Source: Octopus vulgaris
Lineage: Eukaryota
Assembly (NCBI GenBank): GCA_951406725.2
Contig: OX597816.1
Location: forward strand, 16,926,001-16,990,000
Direction of reading: 5' to 3'
DNA: 64,000 nucleotides
Each line of letters begins with the position of its first letter. The first letter of the stretch is position 1. Positions 11,336 through 22,620 of this stretch are shown one piece after another. The position numbers and the translations under genes are program-made. The notes beneath the pieces are model-generated. The model had not been told where the DNA came from and did not search any database. It saw only the letters and a program-made list of their open reading frames with translations.

Positions 11336-13177
11336 TGAATTTTCATAAGAAATATTTTTATGATTTGCCTAATGAAATAACCTACTGCTGGAAAATGGTT
11401 GCTCAGGCCAAACTTGGGGTTAGACATTGGAATCGAAGTAAATATATTATTACAATTCCCCAATACCATGCTAATCAAGTTAAAGAGTTTCTTTTGGTTC
11501 AAAATTATTCACAAATAATTTTGGTTTGTAAATTTTATCTGAAGGGATTGAAGAAACTGAGCATATCGTTTGAACTAACAGGGCTATAATTATTTAAAAT
11601 TAGGCAGTACATACTCTACTGTAGAGAAAAGCAACAAAGAGGAGAACAAAGGAACATGAACATTACAATAGATAATATTACACTAGAGAAAAATGAAACT
11701 TTTTCATGTCAGTATTTAGTTTCACATAATATCACATTAAAACTTTTTAAGTTTAAATGCAAAGTTTCTCCTGTAATTCTTTTGAAATGTCACAATAATT
11801 TCAAAGTACAATACAAAAATAATCATAGTATAGTAATTTAAAACCTCAATATGATAAACACTATCTTTACTGTTCCTTAATTCTACATTATAAACAAAAT
11901 ATTACTTTCTCTAATTCTAAAGTAAACCATATTGAATTTCTTGAAACTATACTAAAATAAATAAAATTGCTTTTAAAACTGTTCTATTTGGAATCTAATA
12001 TCACCATTTTATCATTAAAATCATAATACTGAAATATTTAAATTTAGCAATCGTTTTAAGTGTAATCAGCCTCTAAAAAGGAAATAAAGAAGTTATTACT
12101 ATTTTGTGGTGTGAGTAACAAAATTTGTACAAACATCATGCTGAAGCTTCTTAAGCAGTTTATATATTATATTTTTTCCATTATTGCAGTTCTTCTGAGG
12201 ATACCAACACAACCGGCACAAACACGGGCAATTTCAGAGAACTTCATTATTGACCAAAATGTTAAGTTATACAATGTTAACTTACGCAATGCTCACTGAT
12301 ATGTGAAGATAACATAACACTCTAATTTTCTTCCTTCTAGTTCTGTGCTATAACAACTAACTAATACATAGCCTCACAGAATACACGCTTCTGATTCATT
12401 TTAGTATGGGTCACTTGGCATCTCGCCATACATGAGCAACACCACAAAAACAACACTAAATTATAAATTCTATCAAATTTGATCCAAGATTACATATTTT
12501 TAAGGTTACTCTAAAATTGATAGCATGTTAGCTCAAATGTTTTGAGGCGTTCAAATGTGCTTCAGAACACTAAATTTCATATTATCTAAAAGAAAAAAAA
12601 TACACATTAAATTTATTACTTGAGAAATTATACACTGTGAGAAAGCCTAAGGAATATGTACGAACAAAATAAATGCTAATAAAAAAAGAATTAAAAACTA
12701 AAACTAATTCTGAATATAAATTAAGACTAATAGTATTAAAAGCAATGGTTTGTATTTGTGAAAGCAATATAAACAAGTCAATGGTACCGACAGCAGGTAT
12801 TTTATTGTTTTTATATACAACACACTTAATTCAGCTCATAACTATTTACCTAATTATAGAACATATTTAAAAACTTACATAGGATTAATTAGCATTGTTC
12901 CTGGTGGAATGTTTATCTCAGATCTGATTAATGTGACAAAGACTAGAATTAAGTATGCAACTATAAACTACTTAAAGTTGACTTGGTACTACTGTGAAGT
13001 GTGGGTGGTCTATGGGGACTTGTTACTATAACATGAAGTCGCCTCGAAACGCTTGTAATATAGTGTAATTATACAAATTTTAATACTTGTAAATGATCCT
13101 TTTAGAAAGCCTTGTCAGGTGGTGATCTTTTTATTGTCTGTCTTAGTAATTTGGTCAAAATGAATCTTAGTCTTAGA

Positions 13178-13505
13178 TCATCATCACCATCATCATCATT
13201 GTGTAACGTCCGCTTTCCATGCTAGCATGGGTTGGACTGTTCGAACGGGGTCTGGAAAGCCAGGAAGCTGCACCAGGCTCCAGTCTGATCTGGCAGAATT
13301 TCTACAGCTGGATGCCCTTCCTAATGCCAACCACTCCATGAGTGTAGTGGGTGCTTTTTATGTGCCACCGGCACATGTGCCAGGTGAGGCTGGCAATGGC
13401 CATGATCGGTTGGTGCTTTTTACGTGCCACCGGCATGGAAGCCAGTCAAGGCAGCGCTGGCATCAGCCACGTTCAGATGGTGTTTTTTTACATGCCACTG
13501 GCACA
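13178..13505 (-). mobile_element. RTE-LINE tail
   Basis: Recurrent tail family with 2-3 modules. Confidence 0.85.
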
Positions 13506-13873
13506 AGTATCAAATACCAGACTACAGCTAATGTTATACACTACATGCTATAGTAGTACCACTGACTTACATTTAAAAAAGTTCAAATTCAAAAGTTACT
13601 TACAGAAACCTATAAACAGAAGTTTAGCATAAGTTACAAGGTGTTGAGACATTCAAGGTTGGCTACATAAACTTTATTATACACATTCAATATTATTTCA
13701 TTTTCTCTCCATCATATTTCCTTCCCAAAGTTTATATTAGACAAGATGTACAATGCCTCCTCTCCAAAATTACTGCTTTCTAATGTACCTCTTCCAACTT
13801 ATTAAAATTAACACTAGCGAATTGAAGCTGACTAATATCATTGCCCAAATTCTAGAGGGATTTATCACAAAAT

Positions 13874-13877
<4 letters not shown>

Positions 13878-13918
<41 letters not shown>

Positions 13919-14071
13919 GTTTAACGTCCGCTTTCCATGCTAGCATGGGTTGGATGGTTCAACTGGGGTCTGGCAAGCCCGAAGGCTGCACCAGGCCAGT
14001 CAGATCTGGCAGTGTTTCTACAGCTGGATGCCCTTCCTAATGCCAACCACTCCGTGAGTGTAGTGGGTGCT
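13878..14071 (-). mobile_element. RTE-LINE tail with (CAT)n, continuous with the tandem array
   Basis: Recurrent tail family. Confidence 0.85.
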
Positions 14072-14708
14072 TTTTATGTGCCACCGACACAGGTGCCAAA
14101 CGAGGCTGGCGAACGGCCACGCTCGGATGGTGTTTTTTATGTGCCACCGACACAGGTGCCAGACGAGGCTGGCGAACGGCCACGCTCGGATGGTGTTTTT
14201 TATGTGCCACCGACACAGGTGCCAGACGAGGCTGGCGAACGGCCACGCTCGGATGGTGTTTTTTATGTGCCACCGACACAGGTGCCAGATGAGGCTGGCG
14301 AACGGCCACGCTCGGATGGTGTTTTTTATGTGCCACCGACACAGGTGCCAGACGAGGCTGGCGAACGGCCACGCTCGGATGGTGTTTTTTAATGTGCCAC
14401 CGACACAGGTGCCAGACGAGGCTGGCGAACGGCCACGCTCGGATGGTGTTTTTAAATGTGCCACCGACACAGGTGCCAGACGAGGCTGGCGAACGGCCAC
14501 GCTTGGATGGTGTTTTTTATGTGCCACCGACACAGGTGCCAGACGAGGCTGGCGAACGGCCACGCTCGGATGGTGTTTTTATGTGCCACCGACACAGGTG
14601 CCAGACGAGGCTGGCGAACGGCCACGCTCGGATGGTGTTTTTAAATGTGCCACCGACACAGGTGCCAGACGAGGCTGGCGAACGGCCACGCTCGGATGGT
14701 GTTTTTTT
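14072..14708 (-). repeat. Minisatellite: 10 near-identical 62-64-bp units derived from the RTE 3'UTR module
   Basis: gtgccaccgac starts at 14078, 14141, 14204, 14267, 14330, 14394, 14458, 14521, 14583, 14647. Confidence 0.95.
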
Positions 14709-15000
14709 ATAGAGGAATATAAAATATGTAATAAATACAGTACTAAACTCAATATTAGTATTTCTGAATTATAACAAGACTGATACTGTATTCATCATAA
14801 CTGCTGCAAGAAGCCAGAGAGGAAATAGAAAACTCTTAATAAGAGTTGAAAGACATTTTCACGTATTTATTGCTTTTAGATTCATTCAAATTGATATAAT
14901 TTTTGCTGATTATCCATAGAATAAATATATTTAGTATTTGATCCTTACTAGCATTCAACATTATTCTATACAACATTGTTCCAAATCTGAAATCTCACAT

Positions 15001-15228
15001 ACTCTTTTACTCTTTTCACTCTTTTACTTGTTTCAGTCATTTTGACTGCGGCCATGCTGGAGCACCGCCTTTAGTCGAGCAAATCGACCCCGGGACTTAT
15101 TCTTTGTAAGCCCAGTGCTTATTCTATCGGTCTCTTTTGCCGAACCGCTAAGTGACGGGGACGTAAACACACCAGCATCGGTTGTCAAGCAATGCTAGGG
15201 GGACAAACACAGACACACAAACACACAC

Positions 15229-15269
<41 letters not shown>

Positions 15270-15429
15270 TACGACAGGCTTCTTTCAGTTTCCGTCTACC
15301 AAATCCACTCACAAGGCATTGGTCGGCCCTATAGCAGAAGACACTTGCCCAAGATGCCACGCAGTGGGACTGAACCCGGAACCATGTGGTTGGTTAGCAA
15401 GCTACTTACCACACAGCCACTCCTGCACC
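15001..15429 (-). mobile_element. SINE family A, full length
   Basis: tRNA-like head, internal (TA)n, (AGAGTAAA)n tail. Confidence 0.9.
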
Positions 15430-16089
15430 TGCTCAAAATATGTGCTGAAGTAGAGAAATCAAAATGCAGATTCTACTATGATACCTTACACACTGACACC
15501 AATTACTGCCTTCTTTACGCAAATTACAAACAAATCTTCAAAGATGTAAATTACATTAGTTTAAGATTTATGTTCAATAGAAAAGGAATTCAGAATTTTC
15601 TTTCTAATCATCTAGTTCAGCTTCACCATTAGTATTGAAGTTAGCAATAGTATTAAAAGCCAAGGAGGCTTTACAGCTTCAAAAAAAGCGACAATACTTA
15701 GTATGCAGAAAGGCAGTAGGCTGGAAATCAATATTATGCAATCACTGCTATCAATCACTGTTAACAATGCAGAGAAATATTAAATTAATATAAAACCAAA
15801 ATTTAATGTATGGCACACGAAGAAAATAACCAATCTTTACAATAACAGGCTTGGCTATGCAATATATGAATAGTTACTGCTGCTGTTGAGCCTCCAGGTT
15901 ATCCTTGATTAAGCAGACATAAGAATTTCAGCCATGGCCATCTAATTTTTTTTAGAGATGGGGAGTAGCAGGCTACATTATGTAATATGTTTTTCCATTT
16001 ATAAAGATGGTCGAGAGTAATTTGAAGGCAATTTAGCAGCTATTTTTAGTAAGCCAAGGAACCATGTAGAGACAGTCTCATAGAGATAT

Positions 16090-17000
16090 ATGAGTAGTTG
16101 ACCTGGAAAGTCATTAGACATTTAGAGAGAGTGTGTAAGTTTAGGTATGTGTTGTTATTGGTAAAGGAGAGTGTGTAATGCTGTGGTTGTGCCTTCATCA
16201 ATAAATGTATAGTGAGTCCTGGCATGCCAATTACAGGATACTTTCAGGCACTGCTCATGGATGATTTAATTCATTGTAGGAAGAATTATAGTTGCATTTT
16301 CATGACAGCTGTGCTCAGCAGGCTATAGCAGAGTGAAAGAAAGCATTCTTTATATTTCAGTACAAGCGATTATAAGTGACAGGGATTAGATCAGTAATAA
16401 TTGTTGTTGAGGTTGTTTAGCCCTGATTGAGGGGACCTATGATCAAAGGTCTTCTAGCTATGAACAGTGTACCCAGGACCACAATACACATTGTGTTCTT
16501 TCTTTCAAGACAGCAGAGTGTAGTTTCAGGGAGATTTCGCAGCTATTCATACCAGATCAAGCAACCATATAGAGGCTCTCTCATTGGCCCATCATTAATG
16601 ATAGTCGGTAACATGGTAGAGAAATGTCTTGTTGACTTCACTGGAACAGTGTTACAAGAAGCATTTAATAAAGAAAATTATTTGGAATCCATAGGCAGGA
16701 AGCTTTCCTACAGCAGTAGGTCATGTAGGTTCAAATGTGTTGTAGATATCAAGATCAACAACTTTTCTTAAAGTGAAATTTTGAAATGCAAGATAATAAA
16801 TATTAGTGAGTGATATAATACAACAAATCTCTAAGGGGGATAGCATCATGAAAATCATCGCTGGTCACTAAGGTGAGGGGATTGAAATTCAGTGAATGTT
16901 TACAATTTATTTTCATCATCCTTGAGGTGTTTTAAGCGCAAAGGACTGTAGTCAGCAATACCTAATAAAATGTCTGTTGTAGGCATGGAGCAAGTTACTG
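16090..17000 (-). mobile_element. Highly decayed CR1/L2-like LINE RT relic, with nested tail fragment ~16400-16590
   Basis: Minus strand VVDLDIYNTFE (cf. VALDISKAFD) and remnants of the post-RT region. Confidence 0.45.
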
Positions 17001-17236
17001 AGAAAAGGAAATAACTGAGTACAGTAGTACAGAGACACCAAATTTGGCAATAAATGTAGATGGTTTATTAGCTGGAGTACAGCTATAAAATATTATTACG
17101 GAGATGTACTTGCATAGAAAGTGATTTGATCTGAGATCGTGTGCTGAAACGAAAACAACTGCAGTGTGGAAGGTGTTTGTAAGCCATTTAAGAAGCACAC
17201 AAAAGCCGTTCGATTCACTTCAACATTTAAGTTTAA

Positions 17237-17287
17237 TTTGTCAAAATATTTTCGTCGCTTTAAGACTGCGACCTATTCACTGACAAA
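17237..17287 (-). ncRNA. Second hammerhead copy in the left arm (G3-U8 core)
   Basis: Minus strand TTTGTCA-GTGAATA-G-GTCGC-agtcttaaa-GCGAC-GAAA-ATATTT-TGACAAA. Confidence 0.6.
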
Positions 17288-17306
17288 AATCTGTGTTGCA
17301 CAGATT

Positions 17307-17356
17307 TTTGTCAGTGAACAGGTCGCGGATTTTAGCGACGAAAATATTTTGACAAA
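17307..17356 (+). ncRNA. Minimal type I hammerhead ribozyme with G3-C8 swapped core
   Basis: TTTGTCA-GTGAACA-G-GTCGC-ggatttta-GCGAC-GAAA-ATATTT-TGACAAA: 7-bp stem I, 5-bp stem II, palindromic stem III. Confidence 0.65.
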
Positions 17357-17500
17357 TTAAACTTAGATGTTGAAGTGAATCGAACGGCTTTTGTGTGCTT
17401 CTTAAATGGCTTATAAACACCTTCCACGCTGCAGCTATAAAAATAGTCTGCATTAAAGAGTATGAAGGTGAAGGTTTAAGAAAAATTAAATGAAATACAT

Positions 17501-17902
17501 CTTACTCTTTTACTTGTTTCAGTCATTTGACTCTGGCCATGCTGGAGCACCGCCTTTAATTGAGCAACTTGACCCCGGGACTTATTCTTTTGTAAGCCCA
17601 GTACTTATTCTATCTGTCTCTTTTGCTGAACCGCTAAGTAATGGGGACATAAACACACCAGCATCGGTTGTCAAGCAATGCTAGGGGGACAAACACAGAC
17701 ACACAAACACACACACGCATATATATATATACATATATACGACGGGCTTCTTTCAGTTTCCATCTATCAAATCCACTCACAAGGCTTTGGTCGGCCCGAG
17801 GCTATAGTGGAAGACACTTGCCCAAGGTGCCACGCAGTGGGACTGAACCCGGAACCGTGTGGTTGGTAAGCAAGCTACTTACCACACAGCCACTCCTGCG
17901 CC
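17501..17902 (-). mobile_element. SINE family A, full length
   Basis: Near-identical to 15001-15429. Confidence 0.9.
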
Positions 17903-18551
17903 TTGTTAAAAGTTTGATAACATGGTTGGACAAAAGTATGTATTCCCATGTGTTGCATAATTTTTTCATCTTTTAATTTTTAGCTTGAAACATCTTCAAT
18001 TGTGATAGATGCTTCTGGGTTCATGACAGTCGTCGGGTGCTGTTGCTTTTGATTTAGACCAAAATGAAGCTTGATTAAGCTAGACCTATTATTAGGGATA
18101 TTTCATGAGCATCCTATCATTTTCTATGCTATCACAAGTCAAATGAATATATTTTTGAGGCATTGTTTTACAGTTGGATGCTATTTCTGTTGCTAACCCT
18201 TATGACTTTCAAGTTAGTGATTGCTCAATTCACACAACTTTAAAGCTGACAAGTGGATGATTTGTTGACAGGAGTAACAATGAAAACATTGCTCAGAGCT
18301 TGAAACTTGCATACAGTGTAAATGTAACCAAACACACACAGACACACACATGTGCATACACATAATGAACTTCTTTCAGTTTCTGTCAACCACATTCGAT
18401 CATAAGGCTTTGGTTGGCCACATGTATAGTACAAGATACTTGCTTAAGTTTCCACACAATGGAGTTGAACTTAAAACTATATAGTTGGGAAGCAAACTTC
18501 TTAACCCTGCAACCATACCTCGTATAATATTTTATATCATATACATATATA

Positions 18552-18950
18552 TCTTTATATATAAAAGAGAGAGTTGTGCTGTCTGTCTCCTACGATTTAG
18601 ATTCCTAACTACTCCCACATTTTGCGGTGCAGTTTGACCAAAACCAGGTATCTTATAGTCGTGATTCATATCGAGCCCTTCTGGGTATTAGCGTGCGTCT
18701 ACGATGAGTCTACGATTAAAAAAAAATATTACCATCATTTTTTTCCGTTTTATTGTATTTTTTCGCTATTATATAAGGGAAGTAACTCTCTAAAAATGTC
18801 TACGATGAGTCAACGATTCAAAAAAAAATTTACCATAATTTTTTTTCCATTTTTAATGCATTTTTTTGCTACTTTTTGGCTAAAACTCTCTAAAAATGCT
18901 TTATAGTTATTTCCTTTACAAACCCAAGCAACGCCGGGCGATACTGCTAG
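18552..18950 (+). mobile_element. Non-autonomous Helitron
   Basis: 5' TC, subterminal GC hairpin cccaagcaacgccggg, 3' CTAG; second copy at 44437-44833. Confidence 0.8.
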
Positions 18951-19212
18951 AATATATATATAAAGAGAGAAATAGATAGTTCCTATAAGTGAGTTCTACC
19001 AGTCTATAAAATTTGACCTTTAACTGTCTTCTTACATTTCACTTCCACTAAATATATCTATTTCCACGCCTTTAACCTTTATTCCTATTCACCTATTCCA
19101 CTATATTGCTTCACTTTTAATTTTATGCTAATTTCTTTCTTCCTCCTCCTTCTCTTTCCATAAATTGCCTTTAATGTTAGATATTTTATTGGTTTTCTTA
19201 AAAATTACGTAC

Positions 19213-19438
19213 CAGCATTCCCTTCATCATACATGTAGTAATCACACTCGCTTAAAATGTCTTTTTGTTGTGTTTTGTTTCTCTTTTTTTCCTGATGAAA
19301 AGATTGCATTGTTTTACATAATTTTATTCCTTCTGGAATAATGCCGATGTTTTCTTTGAAACATGTGTTGGAAGTATAAAGATTTGAATAACACCTGCGT
19401 TTAACTATCAATGTCATACAAAAACATTTCACCAAAAC
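19213..19438 (-). CDS. Weak candidate exon (alternative start 19291)
   Basis: Open frame ending ...KDILSECDYYMYDEGNAG|gtacgt; acceptors ttccag|G (19438) or tcttttcatcag|G (19291); no recognisable domain. Confidence 0.2.
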
Positions 19439-19573
19439 CTGGAATTTTTACCTTTATAAGTAAGCTGTTACATCCTTGGTACTTGTGTGAAATTTTGCTA
19501 CCCTGGCAACTATTTATTTATTTATTTATTTATTTATTCTATGTTATTTGTAAACATTGAAAAATACACATAC

Positions 19574-19575
<2 letters not shown>

Positions 19576-19618
<43 letters not shown>

Positions 19619-19823
19619 CATGTATGTATAAATATATATATGCATAAATACATATATAAATATATATATGCATAAATACATATATAAATATGTATATAAA
19701 TACATATATAAATATGTATATAAATACATATATAAATATATATATAAATACATATATAAATACATATATAAATACATATATAAATACATATATAAATACA
19801 TATATAAATACACATATAAATAC

Positions 19824-19895
<72 letters not shown>
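19576..19895. repeat. Compound (TA)n / 12-bp TATAAATACATA minisatellite / (GA)n
   Basis: Direct inspection; source of the YIYK/YINT ORFs. Confidence 0.95.
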
Positions 19896-19898
<3 letters not shown>

Positions 19899-20229
19899 TT
19901 CAATGTGTCTTTTCCTTTTTATGGTGACAAGATGTGATCTGAAGGATATTAGGTTGTTATTTCTAGCAGATAAGTAGAGACTTTCTCACTTGTTTCCATG
20001 GATCATTCCTTCCAGAACTGTAATTATTTTTCAGATTATTAGCAGTAGAAGTTAAGGTTAGTCAGCTAGGTGACATGGTTCAGTTTAGGGACAAAGCTTT
20101 TCATAAAATCGTATTTCTGATGACTTGGAAAAGGAAAGATAGTATTCATAGCAATATTTCAGAGTCTCTGTGACTAGGTGAAAAAAGGGAGACACTATGG
20201 CCTATCAATTGCAGCAACTGAAAGCAGCA

Positions 20230-20430
20230 CATTCAGATTCAATTCAGTTCAATTTTTATTGGCTCAAAAAGCAAAAGCAAGGCCATGTAGGGGGACAGGG
20301 GGTTTTGTACAGAGAGGGTAGTCATACAAAGGGTTCAGGCCATTTCTGGTCAAGAGAGACTTTGAAACGAGCAGTCGTCGGCATCTTCACTATCTCATCC
20401 GGCAGCTTATTCCACGGATCCGCAACCCAA
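20230..20430 (-). mobile_element. CR1-clade LINE 3' end
   Basis: VADPWNKLPDEIVKMPTTARFKVSLDQKWPEPFV* (CR1 C-terminal WNxLP...FK..LD motif) followed by a short-repeat tail. Confidence 0.8.
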
Positions 20431-21819
20431 TAAGATGTCAAAGTGTCCTCATACTGAAAATGTTACCTGAATGTTTGCAACAGAATGAAGTCTGCTAATG
20501 ATAGTCATAGAACAGGTGATGGTGTGAAACTGGATGACACATTAAGTATACAACCTCAAATCAAGAGAATGAAAAAAGATGTTCAACCAATTTGAGAAAT
20601 TGTAACACATTTGAAAATCTGAAAAGAATTTGGAATGGTGGTGACAAGGCAAGGTGTCTTATCTAAAGGTTTTTAATAGATAGCGGCAAAATTAGCAGCT
20701 TAAGTGATACATACGAAAACGCAACTATTGCAAAACAACAAGTCTCATTATAATATGATAAATATGCAAAGATATCACTGACATCTAATTTGAAAACGAA
20801 AGAAAAATTCCATTAGTATCTATCGAGAACATCAACTGATCTATCCAAAAGTAAGGATTAGGGTGCTGGATGGATGACATATACTGAATGAATATGCTGC
20901 TAGATGTATGTACATCAGACTGATTGCACTTTTGCATTCTGCATATCCATTTGATCCAAGTCTATATATATCTTTCCTCTCTTGATCACCTCCATAGTGT
21001 CTCATCTCCCAAAATAATTTCCCCAATTCATACATCTCAGAGTGGAATGGCTTAAATGGTTATTATTTCTCTTTTCTTCTTTTTTTTTGTTCTTTTCTGG
21101 AAACATTGATCTTATGATTCTCAAAATAAAAACCAATCTTACTCGCTTGGGAGGGGTCTACAAGGCCATCGACATTATCCCTCTTCCACTGATTAAAAAA
21201 AAAAATCTAAAATAGTATTAAAACAAATAAAAGGGGCAATGGTTGAGTTAATTCAAGTAAACCGGGGATATTTAGACCTCTCAAATTAGGTGCATGACAA
21301 AGTGCATGGAGATATTTCATATTAACAGATCTACTGTAGTATAAGGCAATCATCACCAACACCGATGTTGGTTGCTATTGATACAGCCCCAGGTCAACAC
21401 TGATTGAATAGATGGATGATGATTATGATGATGAAAATTATGATAATAATGATGGCAGTAGCAGCATTGGTGATAGGAGGAGGAAGAAGAGGAGGAGGAG
21501 AGGAAGACAATAATGACAAAGATAACAACAATAATGGCAATAAGGAATACATCAAATCAGTTTCGGCATTTTTAGATGAGAAAAGCTATTGTAAATTTTC
21601 ATGATTCTGCATATTAATGCTTACTATGATTGACAACAATGAAAATGTTAAATCATATATTTTTAAAACCATAAAAATCTACAGTAGTCTTATATAAAGT
21701 TACTCATCTCAGTTGAATAGGTGTTCACTAGAAAAGAATTTTATGAATATCATTGCTTTCTTTTTATGTGTAACTGATTTAGTTTTTTTTTTTAAATTGA
21801 TGGTAAATGTTTGTCTCAG

Positions 21820-22108
21820 AGTGAAGGTGGGATCATAAGGTTGTGAGTTCGATTCCTTATGATACATTGTATCCTTGAGCAAGACACTTTATTTCACATT
21901 GCTCCAATCCACAAAGCTGGCAGAAAATGAGTAGAACCTGTATTTCAAAGGACCAGCCTTGTCACATTCTGTGTCATGCTGAATTTTTTTGTGAACTGTT
22001 TTAAAGGTATGTGTCTGTGGAATTCTCAGCCACTTGCACAATAATCTCATGAGCAGGCTGTCCCATTAATCAGATCAGCTAGAACACTTGTCATAACCGA
22101 AGGAGTGC
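21820..22108 (+). mobile_element. tRNA-derived SINE family C (decayed)
   Basis: B-box gagttcgattcc followed by tccttgagcaagacacttt core. Confidence 0.6.
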
Positions 22109-22226
22109 TAGTGCCAGTTTGTCTTAGAAAAATCACTAATACAACACAGTATCATATTCTCATAAATAGTTTCTATAAGTGTCAATCTGAATAGCCATTT
22201 CATGTTTTGATATTATTCTCTACATA

Positions 22227-22620
22227 GGCGCAGGAGTGGCTGTGTGGTAAGTAGCTTGTTTACCAACCACATGGTTCCGGGTTCAGTCCCACTGCGTGGC
22301 AAGTGTCTTCTACTATAGCCTCAGGCCGACCAAAGCCTTGTGAGTGGATTTGGTAGACGGAAACTGAAAGAAGCCTGTCGTATATTTGTATATATGTGTG
22401 TTTGTGTGTTTGTCCCCCTAGCATTGCTTGACAACCGATGCTGGTGTATTTATGTCCCCGTTACTTAGCGGTTCGGCAAAAGAGACTGATAGAATAAGTA
22501 CTGGGCTTACAAAGAATAAGTCCTGAGGTCGAGTTGCTCGATTAAAGGTGGTGCTCCAGCATGGCCGCAGTCAAATGACTGAAACAAGTAAAAGAGAGTA
22601 AAAGAGAGTAAAGAGAGAGA
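22227..22620 (+). mobile_element. SINE family A, full length
   Basis: ggcgcaggagtggctgtgtggtaag head, (AGAGTAAA)n tail. Confidence 0.9.

Larger units (their letters stand above)
17091..17431. mobile_element. Fold-back Penelope-type insertion with 11-bp TSD
   Basis: CAGCTATAAAA at 17080-17090 and 17432-17442; inverted arms 17159-17295 and 17299-17434 around a 3-nt loop. Confidence 0.85.

Noticed and set aside
13010-13058. Hammerhead-like remnant (gactt...aagtc-gcctc-GAAAC)
   Set aside because: CUGANGA box is broken (ctatgg) and there is no stem I; too degenerate to call.
14090-14125. HDV-like ribozyme in the module (gcc-tcgtct-ggc)
   Set aside because: L3 does not match, no P1/P1.1/P2 partners found, and RTE HDV-like ribozymes are at 5' ends rather than 3' ends.
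14072-14708. CRISPR-like array
   Set aside because: Units are identical end to end with no unique spacers, derive from a LINE tail, and there are no cas genes; the context is eukaryotic.
13937-14774. Longest ORFs (151-235 aa)
   Set aside because: Artefacts of a stop-free 63-bp tandem unit, open in several frames on both strands.
19213-19438. Polycystin-1-like exon (VLVKCFCMTLIVKRR)
   Set aside because: Resemblance is only a few residues, the acceptor is weak, and no other polycystin exons were found.
22227-22300. tRNA gene
   Set aside because: tRNA-like SINE head without a cloverleaf or terminator, continuous with the SINE body.
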